From the IMG/VR virus record IMGVR_UViG_2541047834_000001: a DNA stretch of 37,741 nucleotides; one strand, written 5' to 3'. This DNA is from a virus. Taxonomy: Duplodnaviria > Heunggongvirae > Uroviricota > Caudoviricetes. This document shows positions 1-8,357 of this stretch, in pieces. Position 1 is the first letter of the stretch; each line of letters starts with the position of its first letter. Made by a program: the position numbers and the translations under genes. The notes under the pieces are model-generated. The model saw only the letters and a list, made by a program, of their open reading frames with translations. It searched no databases and was not told the DNA's origin.

Positions 1-17
1 ATTGAGTGGGAATGATT
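1..17. repeat. attL core: 17-bp direct repeat ATTGAGTGGGAATGATT, identical to 37725-37741
   Basis: Exact 17/17 identity between the first and last 17 nt of the window; integrase gene lies immediately inside. Confidence 0.8.
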
Positions 18-63
18 AACAGCTAACTCATAGCAACTCATTCCTATTCAGATACTAATTTAA

Positions 64-95
64 CCCTCTGTTTTTACAGAGGGTTTTTGTTTTTA
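64..95 (+). terminator. Rho-independent terminator-like hairpin (CCCTCTG-TTTTTA-CAGAGGG) followed by TTTTTGTTTTTA
   Basis: Perfect 7-bp stem with T-run directly 3' on + strand; lies between att core and integrase. Confidence 0.6.
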
Positions 96-150
96 TGTAT
101 TCATTTCTATTCACTCTACACCATATTTTTCGGCGGTACAGGTGACGGTA

Positions 151-165
151 TTACCTTAAAGGTAT
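151..165. promoter_or_regulatory. Operator-like palindrome TTACC-TTAAA-GGTAt upstream of int (imperfect)
   Basis: Member of the ATTACC-N5-GGTAAT family, one mismatch. Confidence 0.35.
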
Positions 166-207
166 ACTCTCATACCGTCATGAAAATGGTTTCTATACGG
201 GTGAATT

Positions 208-1458
208 GTGCTTACCGATACAAAATTAAAGAACCTCAAGCCACAGGACAAACTGTACAAAGTTTCCGATCGTGACGGGCTGTATGTAGCTGTGCTTACG
301 TCAGGTACGGTCTCGTTTCGCTATGACTACCGTATCAACGGTCGCCGCGAAACACTGGTAATCGGGCAGTATGGGCGTGACGGTATCAGCCTGGCAGAAG
401 CGCGAGAAGAACTGATTGCTGCAAAGAAGCTGCTTAAAGCAGGCCAGTCACCGGCTGCGGCTAAACGTGACGGTATCAAAAAGATTCGTGGTGCCGAGAC
501 GTTTGCGGTACATACCGACAGTTATATGAAACACGTCATCCTGGCTGACAGTACCCGCGCAATGAAACAGGCGGTGATCGACCGTGACATACTTCCGACT
601 CTTGGCAATAAAATGATGGCTGAAATTACCACATCGATGGTTCGTGATTTGTGTGACCGGATTGTCGAACGCGGTGGCCGGGCAACAGCAGTGCAGGCCA
701 GGGAGATCATCAGTAGCGTATACCGTCACGCCAATGACCGTGGTCATGGTTTGTTTAATCCTGCGGCTGACATTAAACCTTCGTCTATCGCCATATTTAA
801 ACCACGAGAGCGAACACTGACACCAGAAGAAATTGGCCTGTTCTTCCGCACGCTGGATGCCATTGGTGCTATGGGCACTATGAAAATGGCTTTAAAACTG
901 GTGCTTATCACTATGGTTCGTAAGGGCGAATTCACCAATGCAACGTGGGATGAAATAGATTTTAAAAAATGGACATGGACAATTCCTCCAGACCGCATGA
1001 AGGGAAGCCGGGCGCACGTTATTTACCTGCCTAAACAGGCACAGGATATATTGGTCGGGTTGCAGATGTGCGCTGGTGGAAGTGAATATCTGGTTCCTGG
1101 TCGTTACAATTTCCGGAAGCCATTATCTAATGCCGCGCTAAACTCTCTGATCGACAGAACGGTGAAAATAATAAATGAAGATGGTGAGCATATTCAGGAC
1201 TTCACTGTACATGATATGCGCCGTACAGCCAGTACGTTGTTGCATGAGGCTGGTTATCCTTCAGACTGGATTGAAAAGGCTCTGGCACATGAGCAGAAAG
1301 GTGTGCGCGCCGTATATAACAAAGCGGAATACGCCAGACAGCGCGCCTACATGTTGCAGCAGTGGGCCGATATGATTGATTCATGGATTGACGGGGAGCA
1401 TACGGATCTGATTCCGTTCTCCCCGTCGAAGTTTGAGAAGTGGATGGCGGGGGAATAA
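208..1458 (+). CDS. int: Tyrosine site-specific integrase (P4-type phage integrase family)
   Basis: 416-aa ORF next to attL; N-terminal arm-binding-like region (YVAV..FRYDYRINGRRE) and C-terminal catalytic region with HDMRRT (HxxR) and RAVYNKAEY (Tyr nucleophile region). Confidence 0.9.
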   Translation: MLTDTKLKNLKPQDKLYKVSDRDGLYVAVLTSGTVSFRYDYRINGRRETLVIGQYGRDGISLAEAREELIAAKKLLKAGQSPAAAKRDGIKKIRGAETFAVHTDSYMKHVILADSTRAMKQAVIDRDILPTLGNKMMAEITTSMVRDLCDRIVERGGRATAVQAREIISSVYRHANDRGHGLFNPAADIKPSSIAIFKPRERTLTPEEIGLFFRTLDAIGAMGTMKMALKLVLITMVRKGEFTNATWDEIDFKKWTWTIPPDRMKGSRAHVIYLPKQAQDILVGLQMCAGGSEYLVPGRYNFRKPLSNAALNSLIDRTVKIINEDGEHIQDFTVHDMRRTASTLLHEAGYPSDWIEKALAHEQKGVRAVYNKAEYARQRAYMLQQWADMIDSWIDGEHTDLIPFSPSKFEKWMAGE

Positions 1459-1461
1459 CGT

Positions 1462-1656
1462 TTAATAGTTCTGCTGATTTTCTTCCATCTCTGCTTCTGC
1501 TGCCAGTGATTCAATTTTGTTTTCGAATATTGCTGACAGTGTTGCAAATTCAGCATCAGTGACAGCGGGAATTGGAACAAACCTGATCCCGCTGTGTGCA
1601 AGCATGTTTGCAGTTTCAAGGCATTTTCTTAAATCTGCTGGTGATGCCCTGTTCAT
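1462..1656 (-). CDS. Hypothetical small protein (64 aa), last gene of leftward early operon
   Basis: ATG at 1656 overlaps the TGA stop of the upstream methyltransferase gene (ATGA coupling); convergent with int. Confidence 0.45.
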   Translation of the reverse strand: MNRASPADLRKCLETANMLAHSGIRFVPIPAVTDAEFATLSAIFENKIESLAAEAEMEENQQNY

Positions 1657-2303
1657 GCAGCACGCTCCCGTCCCTGGTTGTCTGTTGGTGACAGCGGAGC
1701 ATTGCTGAATGCATTTGTTAATCCGCCAATATCCAACGCGTATCCAGGGTGTAGTTGCACTGCCGGGTCTTCGCACTGATTACCCCAAACATCGAAGCCA
1801 TGAGACGTCTGGCGGGCGAACAGTTCAATGCGAGAAACATCGCCTAATAATTGCACAAGTTTTTCACGAACGATATCTGGCTTTCTTGAATGCTCAAGCC
1901 GCGGTGCGGTAAATGACTGAACGATCCCTGCATTAATGCGCGTAGGTAGTTTTCCCTTTACCGCAAACAGGCAATCTTCACTATTGGCGCGAGTCATGTG
2001 TCCCATACCCATAACAAGTTTATCTGGTTGTCGACTACCACATTTTATCCACGTGAAGCCCTTCATCGTCATCAGACGGAATCCCCAGGCTTCAACAACT
2101 TTTAGTGCTTCGAGTGGTTGTGTTGGCACCCACCACATGGCCAACAGACAGTTTTCATCGGCCAAATCCCACACAGGAAGGCGGCAGATATCCAGCACAC
2201 TCATAACCGGATATTTAAAACCGGCACCGCGATTACCATCTGCGGCTTTGTCCCGGTATACCCAGGGTGGATCTGCATAGATTAGTGTGTATTTCTTAGT
2301 CAT
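1653..2303 (-). CDS. DNA N6-adenine methyltransferase (DPPW motif; MT-A70 / phage Dam-like)
   Basis: N-terminus MTKKYTLIYADPPWVY carries the DPPW catalytic motif; ATG at 2303 preceded by GGGGTGG RBS; ORF extends to a GTG at 2315. Confidence 0.75.
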   Translation of the reverse strand: MTKKYTLIYADPPWVYRDKAADGNRGAGFKYPVMSVLDICRLPVWDLADENCLLAMWWVPTQPLEALKVVEAWGFRLMTMKGFTWIKCGSRQPDKLVMGMGHMTRANSEDCLFAVKGKLPTRINAGIVQSFTAPRLEHSRKPDIVREKLVQLLGDVSRIELFARQTSHGFDVWGNQCEDPAVQLHPGYALDIGGLTNAFSNAPLSPTDNQGRERAA

Positions 2304-2595
2304 AAACCACCCCACAACATCCTATGCCGCTATAGTCGCCACGGCGAAGGCCGTTACCTTTTGTGATACATTGGTCCCTGCGAACCGCGATCCTTGCACG
2401 CTCAACATCACCAGAAGCAACATCCATACACTGAAGCCAAAGGTAGGCGGCAATTCGGAATTGCCCTTTTTTCTCTCTTTCAATCGCGCGTTTTTCGATC
2501 TCTATCGCCGCAGGAGTAACGGCGACAATCTTTGACGGACTGCGCATTGAAACCTTATTCATGTGATATTTTTCAAGTCGGCTTAACTTTCTCAC
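2296..2595 (-). CDS. Hypothetical protein (99 aa)
   Basis: ORF in leftward operon; GTG start with GAGGG upstream; 8-nt overlap with methyltransferase start. Confidence 0.4.
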   Translation of the reverse strand: MRKLSRLEKYHMNKVSMRSPSKIVAVTPAAIEIEKRAIEREKKGQFRIAAYLWLQCMDVASGDVERARIAVRRDQCITKGNGLRRGDYSGIGCCGVVYD

Positions 2596-2704
2596 TTAAT
2601 CCAACCCTCTCTGAAAATTAATGCCAGCAGATAAAGCCATGCTGAAACAGAGGCCAGGAATAAGTACCATCCTGACCATTTGCTCCAGTGTCTTAGCAGC
2701 ACAC

Positions 2705-2953
2705 TCATGCAGCGTTGCTCACAGGACGATATACACGTTGCTGAACAGGAGGTTTTTTACCCTGGAACTCTGCCGGGCTTGCTGCCTGACGTTCATCAAG
2801 CCAACGCTCAACTTCGTCACGGTTCCATGCGCAGCGTTTGTCGGTGATATACCAGCGTTTAGGAAATTCCCCTGCGCGCTCCATACGGTCGATAGTGCTC
2901 CATGACAGTGGCACCACCGCCAGGAGTTCCTTCTTACCTAATGCACCTTTCAT
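2705..2953 (-). CDS. AlpA-family phage regulatory protein / excisionase (MerR-like HTH)
   Basis: 82 aa; LLAVVPLSWSTIDRMERAGEFPKRWYITDKRCAWNRDEVERWLDER matches the AlpA/Xis pattern. Confidence 0.8.
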   Translation of the reverse strand: MKGALGKKELLAVVPLSWSTIDRMERAGEFPKRWYITDKRCAWNRDEVERWLDERQAASPAEFQGKKPPVQQRVYRPVSNAA

Positions 2954-3002
2954 AAATACCTCTCTTGGTTGCAGTGCGGCGCGCGTGGCGCCGCGGTGGT
3001 GG

Positions 3003-3884
3003 TTACATAGATGTTTCGTTTAATTCTTCCCGACGAACGCTGTAAACGTCGGTGGCTTTTGCCAGCAGTTCGTCATCATCTGAAAGTTTTTGTGCAATGT
3101 ATTTGTAAGCCTTATCCAGTTCGGAGACAGTGCTGTAATTCATCGCTGCGCTGGTAAAGGCCATCAGCATTTCTTCTGGATCACGGCTATCCGCTTTACG
3201 AGTTTGCTCATCAGGCTTTTTCACTGGTTTAGCGTTGATCAGACTGTTCATTCCCGCAGCAGTAGTTGTTTGCGGAGTAATGTCTCGCTCAACGCGCGGT
3301 GCCGTTTCCTGTAATTCGTCAGGGGTATAAACACCGAGAAGCACATCAGGAGCGTGCAGGCGAGCCCATCGTTTCGTGCAAAGATAGGCAAGCTGCTGGC
3401 GCGGATCCTGTTCCCACAATGGAGAGTTACGCACTCCGGCTTGCGCCATACTGATGGTAAGCTCACGGGGTTCTGCTTCTCCTTTAAGAACTGCTGACAC
3501 AGTTACCGTCAGATTCGGTGATTTATCTGTTTTGCCGTTAACATTCGACCAGTCACCGCTCCAGCGATAATTCAGGCGTGTCGCTAGCAGGCTGGAAGAG
3601 GATACGACCGCGTTTACCAACTGTGCTTCGTAGCCTAACTTTCCGTTTACCACATGCGTTTTCTGCGCCACGGCGAAAGGGTTCATTCCCCACTGTGCCG
3701 CCTGCATGGTCACCGCCAGACAATCGGCAGGTTTGCCTTCAAGATGTTCCGGTACAGTCGCTTTGCTTTGTGACATCAACTCCGCGAAACGCACCAGTTG
3801 ATTCATGCCCTCCGGGCTGAAGATTGCCGCAGCAGTACCTACAGTTGCGCCTGGTTGTGATGTGATTGCGATATCATTGCTCAT
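3003..3884 (-). CDS. Single-strand annealing recombinase, lambda Bet (Red-beta)-like
   Basis: 293 aa; AAQWGMNPF...NGKLGYEAQLV and ERDITP resemble lambda Bet; start overlaps upstream exonuclease stop (ATGA). Confidence 0.7.
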   Translation of the reverse strand: MSNDIAITSQPGATVGTAAAIFSPEGMNQLVRFAELMSQSKATVPEHLEGKPADCLAVTMQAAQWGMNPFAVAQKTHVVNGKLGYEAQLVNAVVSSSSLLATRLNYRWSGDWSNVNGKTDKSPNLTVTVSAVLKGEAEPRELTISMAQAGVRNSPLWEQDPRQQLAYLCTKRWARLHAPDVLLGVYTPDELQETAPRVERDITPQTTTAAGMNSLINAKPVKKPDEQTRKADSRDPEEMLMAFTSAAMNYSTVSELDKAYKYIAQKLSDDDELLAKATDVYSVRREELNETSM

Positions 3885-4702
3885 ACGTACATATCCTGTT
3901 TACGTGCCCAGTCAGGGCGTTTAATAATTTCCACTCCGCCCCACTCATCGTTGATGCGGCATTCGTGATAGGTATTCAGATCCCGGCGGAACAGATCGTG
4001 ACCGGCATCGACATCCGGCGCATCCAGCTCGAACACGCGTACCGGATACCGACCACAATCAATGCTTTCGCTCACGGCAAGAAAGAAAAAACCATGCGGC
4101 TGACCAGTAACCCTCATTGCGCCTTCGCGGTACATTGCGTCCTGCACGTGGTAGCGGAATTCCTCGATGTGGCGTGCAAAACGGTCCATATCTGCAACCT
4201 TTTTCACGTCGACGATCACGTTGTGCTCGTTCAGCCATTTGTCTGGACGAATGCGGCACAACTCACCAGTCTCTTCATCGTTCCAGTACATTGATGCTTC
4301 GCAGTAACCAGGTGCTTCCAGCATCCAGCGTGCCGCCGGGTGAGCCATTGCGCTATCACGCATCAGCTCCAGTTTCCGCCACTGCTCGGCATCAAGTACC
4401 GTAATCCCCATATCCGCTACATCACGAAGAAATGCCTCTTCGTCAGCTTTACCTTGTTTTGTCCGACGATCGAATTTCGGTGAAACGATGAAGCGTTTGT
4501 CAAACTCTCCAGGTTCCAGAAGCAGACAGTGCAGAGCAGTACCCATGTCCAGTGCAGACTTCTTCTCTTCGTCTTCCGGAGCAGCCTTCACCCATTTCAG
4601 AAGGGCAGGGTTCTTAGCCACCATATCTAGCTGCGACTTACTCACGCCGTCACCGGCGTGGTAGTCCTCGTTGCTGATATCGAAATAAATTCCCGGATTC
4701 AT
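3881..4702 (-). CDS. Putative recombination exonuclease (partner of the Bet-like annealase)
   Basis: 273-aa ORF translationally coupled immediately upstream of the bet-like gene; exo-annealase pairing is the standard arrangement; nuclease fold not verified. Confidence 0.6.
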   Translation of the reverse strand: MNPGIYFDISNEDYHAGDGVSKSQLDMVAKNPALLKWVKAAPEDEEKKSALDMGTALHCLLLEPGEFDKRFIVSPKFDRRTKQGKADEEAFLRDVADMGITVLDAEQWRKLELMRDSAMAHPAARWMLEAPGYCEASMYWNDEETGELCRIRPDKWLNEHNVIVDVKKVADMDRFARHIEEFRYHVQDAMYREGAMRVTGQPHGFFFLAVSESIDCGRYPVRVFELDAPDVDAGHDLFRRDLNTYHECRINDEWGGVEIIKRPDWARKQDMYV

Positions 4703-4998
4703 GCCGCGTCCCTCTGCCCATCAATCTGATCAGCCAGATCCCAGCGGGCGATAATTGCCATTGCCTCGCGCCGGTAGGCATCCATTAGTTCTTCGAACTC
4801 AGGGCTGTCTTTAGCGGCCTCCAGTACTTCCTGGCGAACGCCTTTAACTGTTACAACGTCGAAAGTTGATGCCAGTTGATGAAGCCGGATACTCTCAATC
4901 AGTTCAACTTGTCGGTCATATAGCTGTTCTGACAGGCTGTAGTCCTTGTCGAATGCCAGCATGATTTTTTGAAGATTTTTCTGCTGATTAACGTTCAT
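4699..4998 (-). CDS. Hypothetical early protein (about 99 aa)
   Basis: ATG at 4998 preceded by GGGAGGG RBS; stop overlaps exonuclease start (ATGA). Confidence 0.55.
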   Translation of the reverse strand: MNVNQQKNLQKIMLAFDKDYSLSEQLYDRQVELIESIRLHQLASTFDVVTVKGVRQEVLEAAKDSPEFEELMDAYRREAMAIIARWDLADQIDGQRDAA

Positions 4999-5001
4999 TA
5001 T

Positions 5002-5153
5002 CAGCCCTCCCATATCTCGTTATCGTTGGCCACATCGCGAGCTTCTTTGCTGACGAAAGCCCACTTAATGCCTTCCTGTAAGGTGCGGAACTTCCAGCTC
5101 ATGAATCCGCATGCAGTAACGCAGTACCAACCGTTGATGATTTTCCACTGCAT
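5002..5153 (-). CDS. Hypothetical small Cys/Trp-containing protein (50 aa), first gene of leftward operon
   Basis: MQWKIINGWYCVTACGFMSWKF...; GAGG RBS 8 nt upstream; not in supplied ORF track (under size cutoff). Confidence 0.35.
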
Positions 5154-5172
5154 AACTTGTTACCTCGGTCTG

Positions 5173-5187
5173 TTACCGTTGAGGTAA
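5173..5187. promoter_or_regulatory. Operator-like palindrome TTACC-GTTGA-GGTAA (leftward early promoter region)
   Basis: Perfect half-sites; adjacent extra TTACC at 5160. Confidence 0.5.
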
Positions 5188-5234
5188 TAATTATGCGTAT
5201 TTGGTTTGGTGTCAATAGATATGAGTTAAAAAAA

Positions 5235-5249
5235 TTACCCTTAAGGTAA
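5235..5249. promoter_or_regulatory. Operator-like palindrome ATTACC-CTTAA-GGTAAT
   Basis: Perfect 17-bp palindrome frame. Confidence 0.5.
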
Positions 5250-5261
5250 TTGCGCAGGCAA

Positions 5262-5286
5262 TAAAAAAGCCGCCAGAAGGCGGCTT
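5262..5286 (-). terminator. Rho-independent terminator downstream of the repressor gene
   Basis: GCCGCC-TTCT-GGCGGC hairpin followed by TTTTTT on the minus strand. Confidence 0.6.
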
Positions 5287-5306
5287 ACTTACTGAAAAAT
5301 ATGATT

Positions 5307-5891
5307 TTATTGTTTGTTTTTTTCGTTCTGGTTGATGACAAATTCAATGTAACTTTCGATCTTTGCTTTCTCGGTTTCGGGTAACAATGCGTAGCGCGAG
5401 CGGTCATAGTTGATGGTCGCAGGGTCGTGCGGGTGAATCAGTAATTCATAGCCGTGACGCCCGAATGCGGATGCAACATTCTCCAGGGTGGAAATGGAAA
5501 CGCTGACCTCATTGTTTAACAGGCGGCTGATTGTCACCTGGGCGACGCCGGATGCGCGGTGAAGTTTTCCCTGTGTTGAAAGGTCGCGGCTTTCGCTCAT
5601 CCAGCGTTCCAGGTTGTGAGCCGCCAGCTGACCAATGTCGCTTGGGCCGACAGGCTGAAAACCTTCCTGAGAAAGCGAGCGATCGATATCAAGCCAGTTA
5701 CGGGGTTTATTGGCGGCAGCTTCAATTTTTCGCGCAACCTGGTCGCCGATAACCTTCTTGCCAAGAGCCCAGCGGTTTACCAGATTTGCCTGAGTTCCAA
5801 GTTTTTCTGCCATCCGCGTCTGAACACCATTGAATTCACGGTCGATCAAGTCGTTGAGATTTTGCCTGCGGACGTCCTGGATACTTTTCAT
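5307..5891 (-). CDS. Putative immunity repressor with two HTH (XRE-like) domains
   Basis: 194 aa; two helix-turn-helix-like segments (TRMAEKLGTQANLVNRWALGKK and ASGVAQVTISRLLNNEVSVSISTLENVA); divergent from a Cro-like gene across an operator-rich intergenic region. Confidence 0.65.
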   Translation of the reverse strand: MKSIQDVRRQNLNDLIDREFNGVQTRMAEKLGTQANLVNRWALGKKVIGDQVARKIEAAANKPRNWLDIDRSLSQEGFQPVGPSDIGQLAAHNLERWMSESRDLSTQGKLHRASGVAQVTISRLLNNEVSVSISTLENVASAFGRHGYELLIHPHDPATINYDRSRYALLPETEKAKIESYIEFVINQNEKNKQ

Positions 5892-5946
5892 TTTCTGGAA
5901 AATCGCCTCATATATGAATCAGTAGATGATTCAATTTAAAGCAATA

Positions 5947-5999
5947 TTACCCAACAGGTAAATGCACCCCATAGGTAACTATCCTTGATTTTTGTTACC
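5947..5999. promoter_or_regulatory. Divergent promoter/operator region between repressor and cro-like gene
   Basis: TTACC-CAACA-GGTAA (5947-5961) plus inverted repeat CCCATAGGTAAC / GTTACCTTATGGG (5969-6006). Confidence 0.5.
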
Positions 6000-6045
6000 T
6001 TATGGGTGAATATTTATTATCTGAAATAAATATCAGGCAATAGCT

Positions 6046-6276
6046 ATGAGCGATAACGGACATTTCGATTTCAAAAAGCACTGGCTTGCACTTACTCCGG
6101 ATGAGCGTGAAGCCTTCGCACAGGAAGCCGGAACGACGAGTCATTATATCCAGACTCACTTAACAGGTAAGCGCAAAATGCCAGGTAAAGTATTGATGAA
6201 TGGGCTTTTTAAAGCCTGTAAAACAAGACAATGGTTGCGCTCAAAAGCAGAACTGGCATACTTCTTCTACTCATGA
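6046..6276 (+). CDS. Cro / YdaS-like HTH regulator
   Basis: 76 aa; TSHYIQTHLTGKRKMPGKVL resembles the Cro/YdaS family; divergent to the repressor. Confidence 0.65.
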   Translation: MSDNGHFDFKKHWLALTPDEREAFAQEAGTTSHYIQTHLTGKRKMPGKVLMNGLFKACKTRQWLRSKAELAYFFYS

Positions 6277-6298
6277 TATCCAGCTACAACCCTCTGTA

Positions 6299-6320
6299 GA
6301 CCGCCACCCGGCGGTCTTTT
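6299..6320 (+). terminator. Rho-independent terminator (tR1-like) after cro-like gene
   Basis: GACCGCC-ACCC-GGCGGTC hairpin followed by TTTT. Confidence 0.65.
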
Positions 6321-6331
6321 CATATCTATTC

Positions 6332-6346
6332 GTACCTCAAAGGTAA
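6332..6346. promoter_or_regulatory. Operator-like palindrome gTACC-TCAAA-GGTAA
   Basis: One mismatch; just after cro terminator. Confidence 0.4.
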
Positions 6347-6426
6347 TAAAAAACCAAATGTGGTTGATCTTTTTTTTGTGTCAGCACAAAATGACCGTAA
6401 TCCCAATACCAATAACAGGGCTTACC

Positions 6427-6627
6427 ATGGAAATCATTACACGTATTGATGCCGCAAAGCGCGGACTTAAACGCTACTACACCGGAAAAACATGTAAGCA
6501 CGGACATGACAGTGAACGCTGGGTTTACAACGGACACTGTGTTGAGTGCACCATGGAATCAAACCGTCGTATCAGGGCAGAGATTAAGCAGATCATGATT
6601 AATTCCTCCCCACAACATTCAAGCTGA
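6427..6627 (+). CDS. Small zinc-finger-like protein (CxxH...CxxC)
   Basis: MEIITRIDAAKRGLKRYYTGKTCKHGHDSERWVYNGHCVEC...; ATG at 6427; in-frame ORF extends upstream to 6358. Confidence 0.5.
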   Translation: MEIITRIDAAKRGLKRYYTGKTCKHGHDSERWVYNGHCVECTMESNRRIRAEIKQIMINSSPQHSS

Positions 6628-6642
6628 TAGCGGAGATTAATC

Positions 6643-7458
6643 ATGAGCAGACATGCAACAGATTGGGCCTGGGAGACAGATCCAGGTAGCTCGTCATTAA
6701 AGCTCATACTGCTCTCGATGGCTGACAGAGCCGATGAATATAACCTCTGCTACCCCAGCATAGAACGCCTCGTTAAAGACACTTGCCTGAATAAAAAAAC
6801 CGTGCAGGCCGGACTTATATCGCTCATGAAAATGGGGCTTATTTCAGATACCGGAGAGAGAAAGGGAGCGACGAAAAGAGTGCGGGTTTTCTCTCTTAAT
6901 ATAACCAAAAACGGGAACATTAAAGGCAACCGGGAGGGGGGTAATGAACCCGAAAACGGTAATGTTCCCGAAAACGGGAATATACCCAAAAACGGGATGT
7001 TGAATGATCCCAAAAACGGGATGTTGAATGATCCCAAAAACGGGATCCAGAACCAGTCATATAACCAGTCATTTAACCAAGAGAGGGAGAGCAGGACAAA
7101 AACCGGGGATTCTGTGCCTCATGACCCAGGCGCAAACAACGCCGTGATGAATAACTTTGTTCCTCCTGGTGGGCCAGGGCAATTAGGCAAATTTGTCATG
7201 CATGAACAATGGCAGCCATCAGATGACTTTCTTCGGAAAAGCTCATTGCAGGGGATCTACCTGGACAGTCTGCCAACGGCACAGGAACTTGCAGAGTTCA
7301 GAATTTACTGGATGGCTGAGGGTAAGGCATACCATCAGGCACAGTGGGAGCAGAAGCTGGCAAGGCGGCTGCAGATTAGCAGACAGAAGCAATCAACATT
7401 ACCTGATAACAACGTTCCGCACTGGAACAGCCCTGAAGCATGGGAGGATTTCTTGTGA
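6643..7458 (+). CDS. Replication initiation protein, lambda O-like (iteron-containing)
   Basis: 271 aa directly upstream of and coupled to the P-like gene; embedded iteron-like repeats; GGAG RBS. Confidence 0.65.
   Translation: MSRHATDWAWETDPGSSSLKLILLSMADRADEYNLCYPSIERLVKDTCLNKKTVQAGLISLMKMGLISDTGERKGATKRVRVFSLNITKNGNIKGNREGGNEPENGNVPENGNIPKNGMLNDPKNGMLNDPKNGIQNQSYNQSFNQERESRTKTGDSVPHDPGANNAVMNNFVPPGGPGQLGKFVMHEQWQPSDDFLRKSSLQGIYLDSLPTAQELAEFRIYWMAEGKAYHQAQWEQKLARRLQISRQKQSTLPDNNVPHWNSPEAWEDFL
6904..7045. repeat. Iteron-like direct repeats CC(C/A)(A/G)AAAACGGGA, six copies; candidate replication origin
   Basis: Copies at about 6904, 6948, 6967, 6985, 7009, 7033; last two within a perfect 24-bp tandem duplication (6996-7019 / 7020-7043). 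Confidence 0.6.
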
Positions 7459-8240
7459 ACAACGTTTTTACCGCGATACAAAACCGTGACGGAGAAGCCC
7501 TTTCTCGCATGTCAGGTTATGAGCATCAGTACACCAACAATGACAACGTAGTGAACATGTCAGCAGAGAGGCTTGTTGATGCCCTTTTCAAACAGCTGAA
7601 ACAACTGTTTCCGGCGGCAGTGGTAACCAACCTGAAGACGCCAGAGCAGGAAGTTGCTGCAAAACAGCAGTGGATTGCTGCGTTTGCTGAAGGGGGGATC
7701 CGAACCCGTGAACAGGTTTCTGCTGGTATGCGCCACGCTCGCGCCAGTGAATCTCCGTTCTGGCCGTCGCCAGGGCAATTTATCAAGTGGTGCAAAGACA
7801 GCAAGATGGTTCTTGGCGTCACCATTGACGATGTGATGGCGGAGTTTCACCGGTACAGCAAGGAAAAAAGTTTATATCCTGGTGGTCCCGAAAGATTCCC
7901 GTGGCGACATCCGGTTATGTACTGGGTCGTATGTGATACCCGCCGCGCAATGTATCAGCGCCAGCTTAGCGAGATTGAGGTTGAGAAACACGCGCGCAGG
8001 CTGCTCGATGATTGGGCGAAAAAGGTGGCTTCCGGACAGCAGATACCCGATCCGGTGATCAGCATACAGGCAAAGCCAGAACCCATGAGTACGCCTCCGG
8101 ACACAGGGAGAGACGTTTACCATCCACCAGGGCGAAGTTTCGGGTGTATGCCTAACGCCGCCACCCTGGGGGGAATAACACCGGCGCAGTGGCTGATGGA
8201 GGAATACAGGCGGGGAAAGGCGGCAGGATTTATCAAGTAA
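7440..8240 (+). CDS. Replication protein P-like (DnaB helicase loader)
   Basis: QQWIAAFAEGGIRTREQVSAGMRHARASESPFWPSPGQFIKWCKD parallels lambda P (RRQWVLAFRENGITTMEQVNAGMRVARRQNRPFLPSPGQFVAWCRE); alternative GTG start at 7455 overlaps the O-like stop. Confidence 0.85.
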   Translation: MGGFLVNNVFTAIQNRDGEALSRMSGYEHQYTNNDNVVNMSAERLVDALFKQLKQLFPAAVVTNLKTPEQEVAAKQQWIAAFAEGGIRTREQVSAGMRHARASESPFWPSPGQFIKWCKDSKMVLGVTIDDVMAEFHRYSKEKSLYPGGPERFPWRHPVMYWVVCDTRRAMYQRQLSEIEVEKHARRLLDDWAKKVASGQQIPDPVISIQAKPEPMSTPPDTGRDVYHPPGRSFGCMPNAATLGGITPAQWLMEEYRRGKAAGFIK

Positions 8241-8245
8241 TACCA

Positions 8246-8270
8246 GCGCGATAGCGCATTTTTTTACGCC
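8246..8270 (+). terminator. Weak terminator-like hairpin after P-like gene
   Basis: GCGC-GATA-GCGC followed by ATTTTTTTA; short stem. Confidence 0.35.
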
Positions 8271-8277
8271 CACGTAA

Positions 8278-8292
8278 TTACCTAGTGGGTAA
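8278..8292. promoter_or_regulatory. Operator-like palindrome ATTACC-TAGTG-GGTAAT
   Basis: Perfect half-sites; downstream of P-like gene. Confidence 0.5.
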
Positions 8293-8339
8293 TAAAATGT
8301 TCTAACGTCTATTGATTTCATGTCTTATGTGGTTTTTAA

Positions 8340-8354
8340 TTACCTAAGGGGTAA
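8340..8354. promoter_or_regulatory. Operator-like palindrome ATTACC-TAAGG-GGTAA
   Basis: Directly upstream of ATG 8358; preceded by TATGTGGTTTTTAA. Confidence 0.5.
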
Positions 8355-8357
8355 ATC

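Noticed and set aside
87-275. ORF 87-275 (+) overlapping the integrase start
   Set aside because: Spans the terminator hairpin and operator-like site, is out of frame with int and has no RBS.
61-6298. Shared 10-mer AACCCTCTGT at 62-71 and 6289-6298, both just before terminator hairpins
   Set aside because: Only a 10-nt match occurring twice; could be chance or part of terminator stems, so not reported as a motif.
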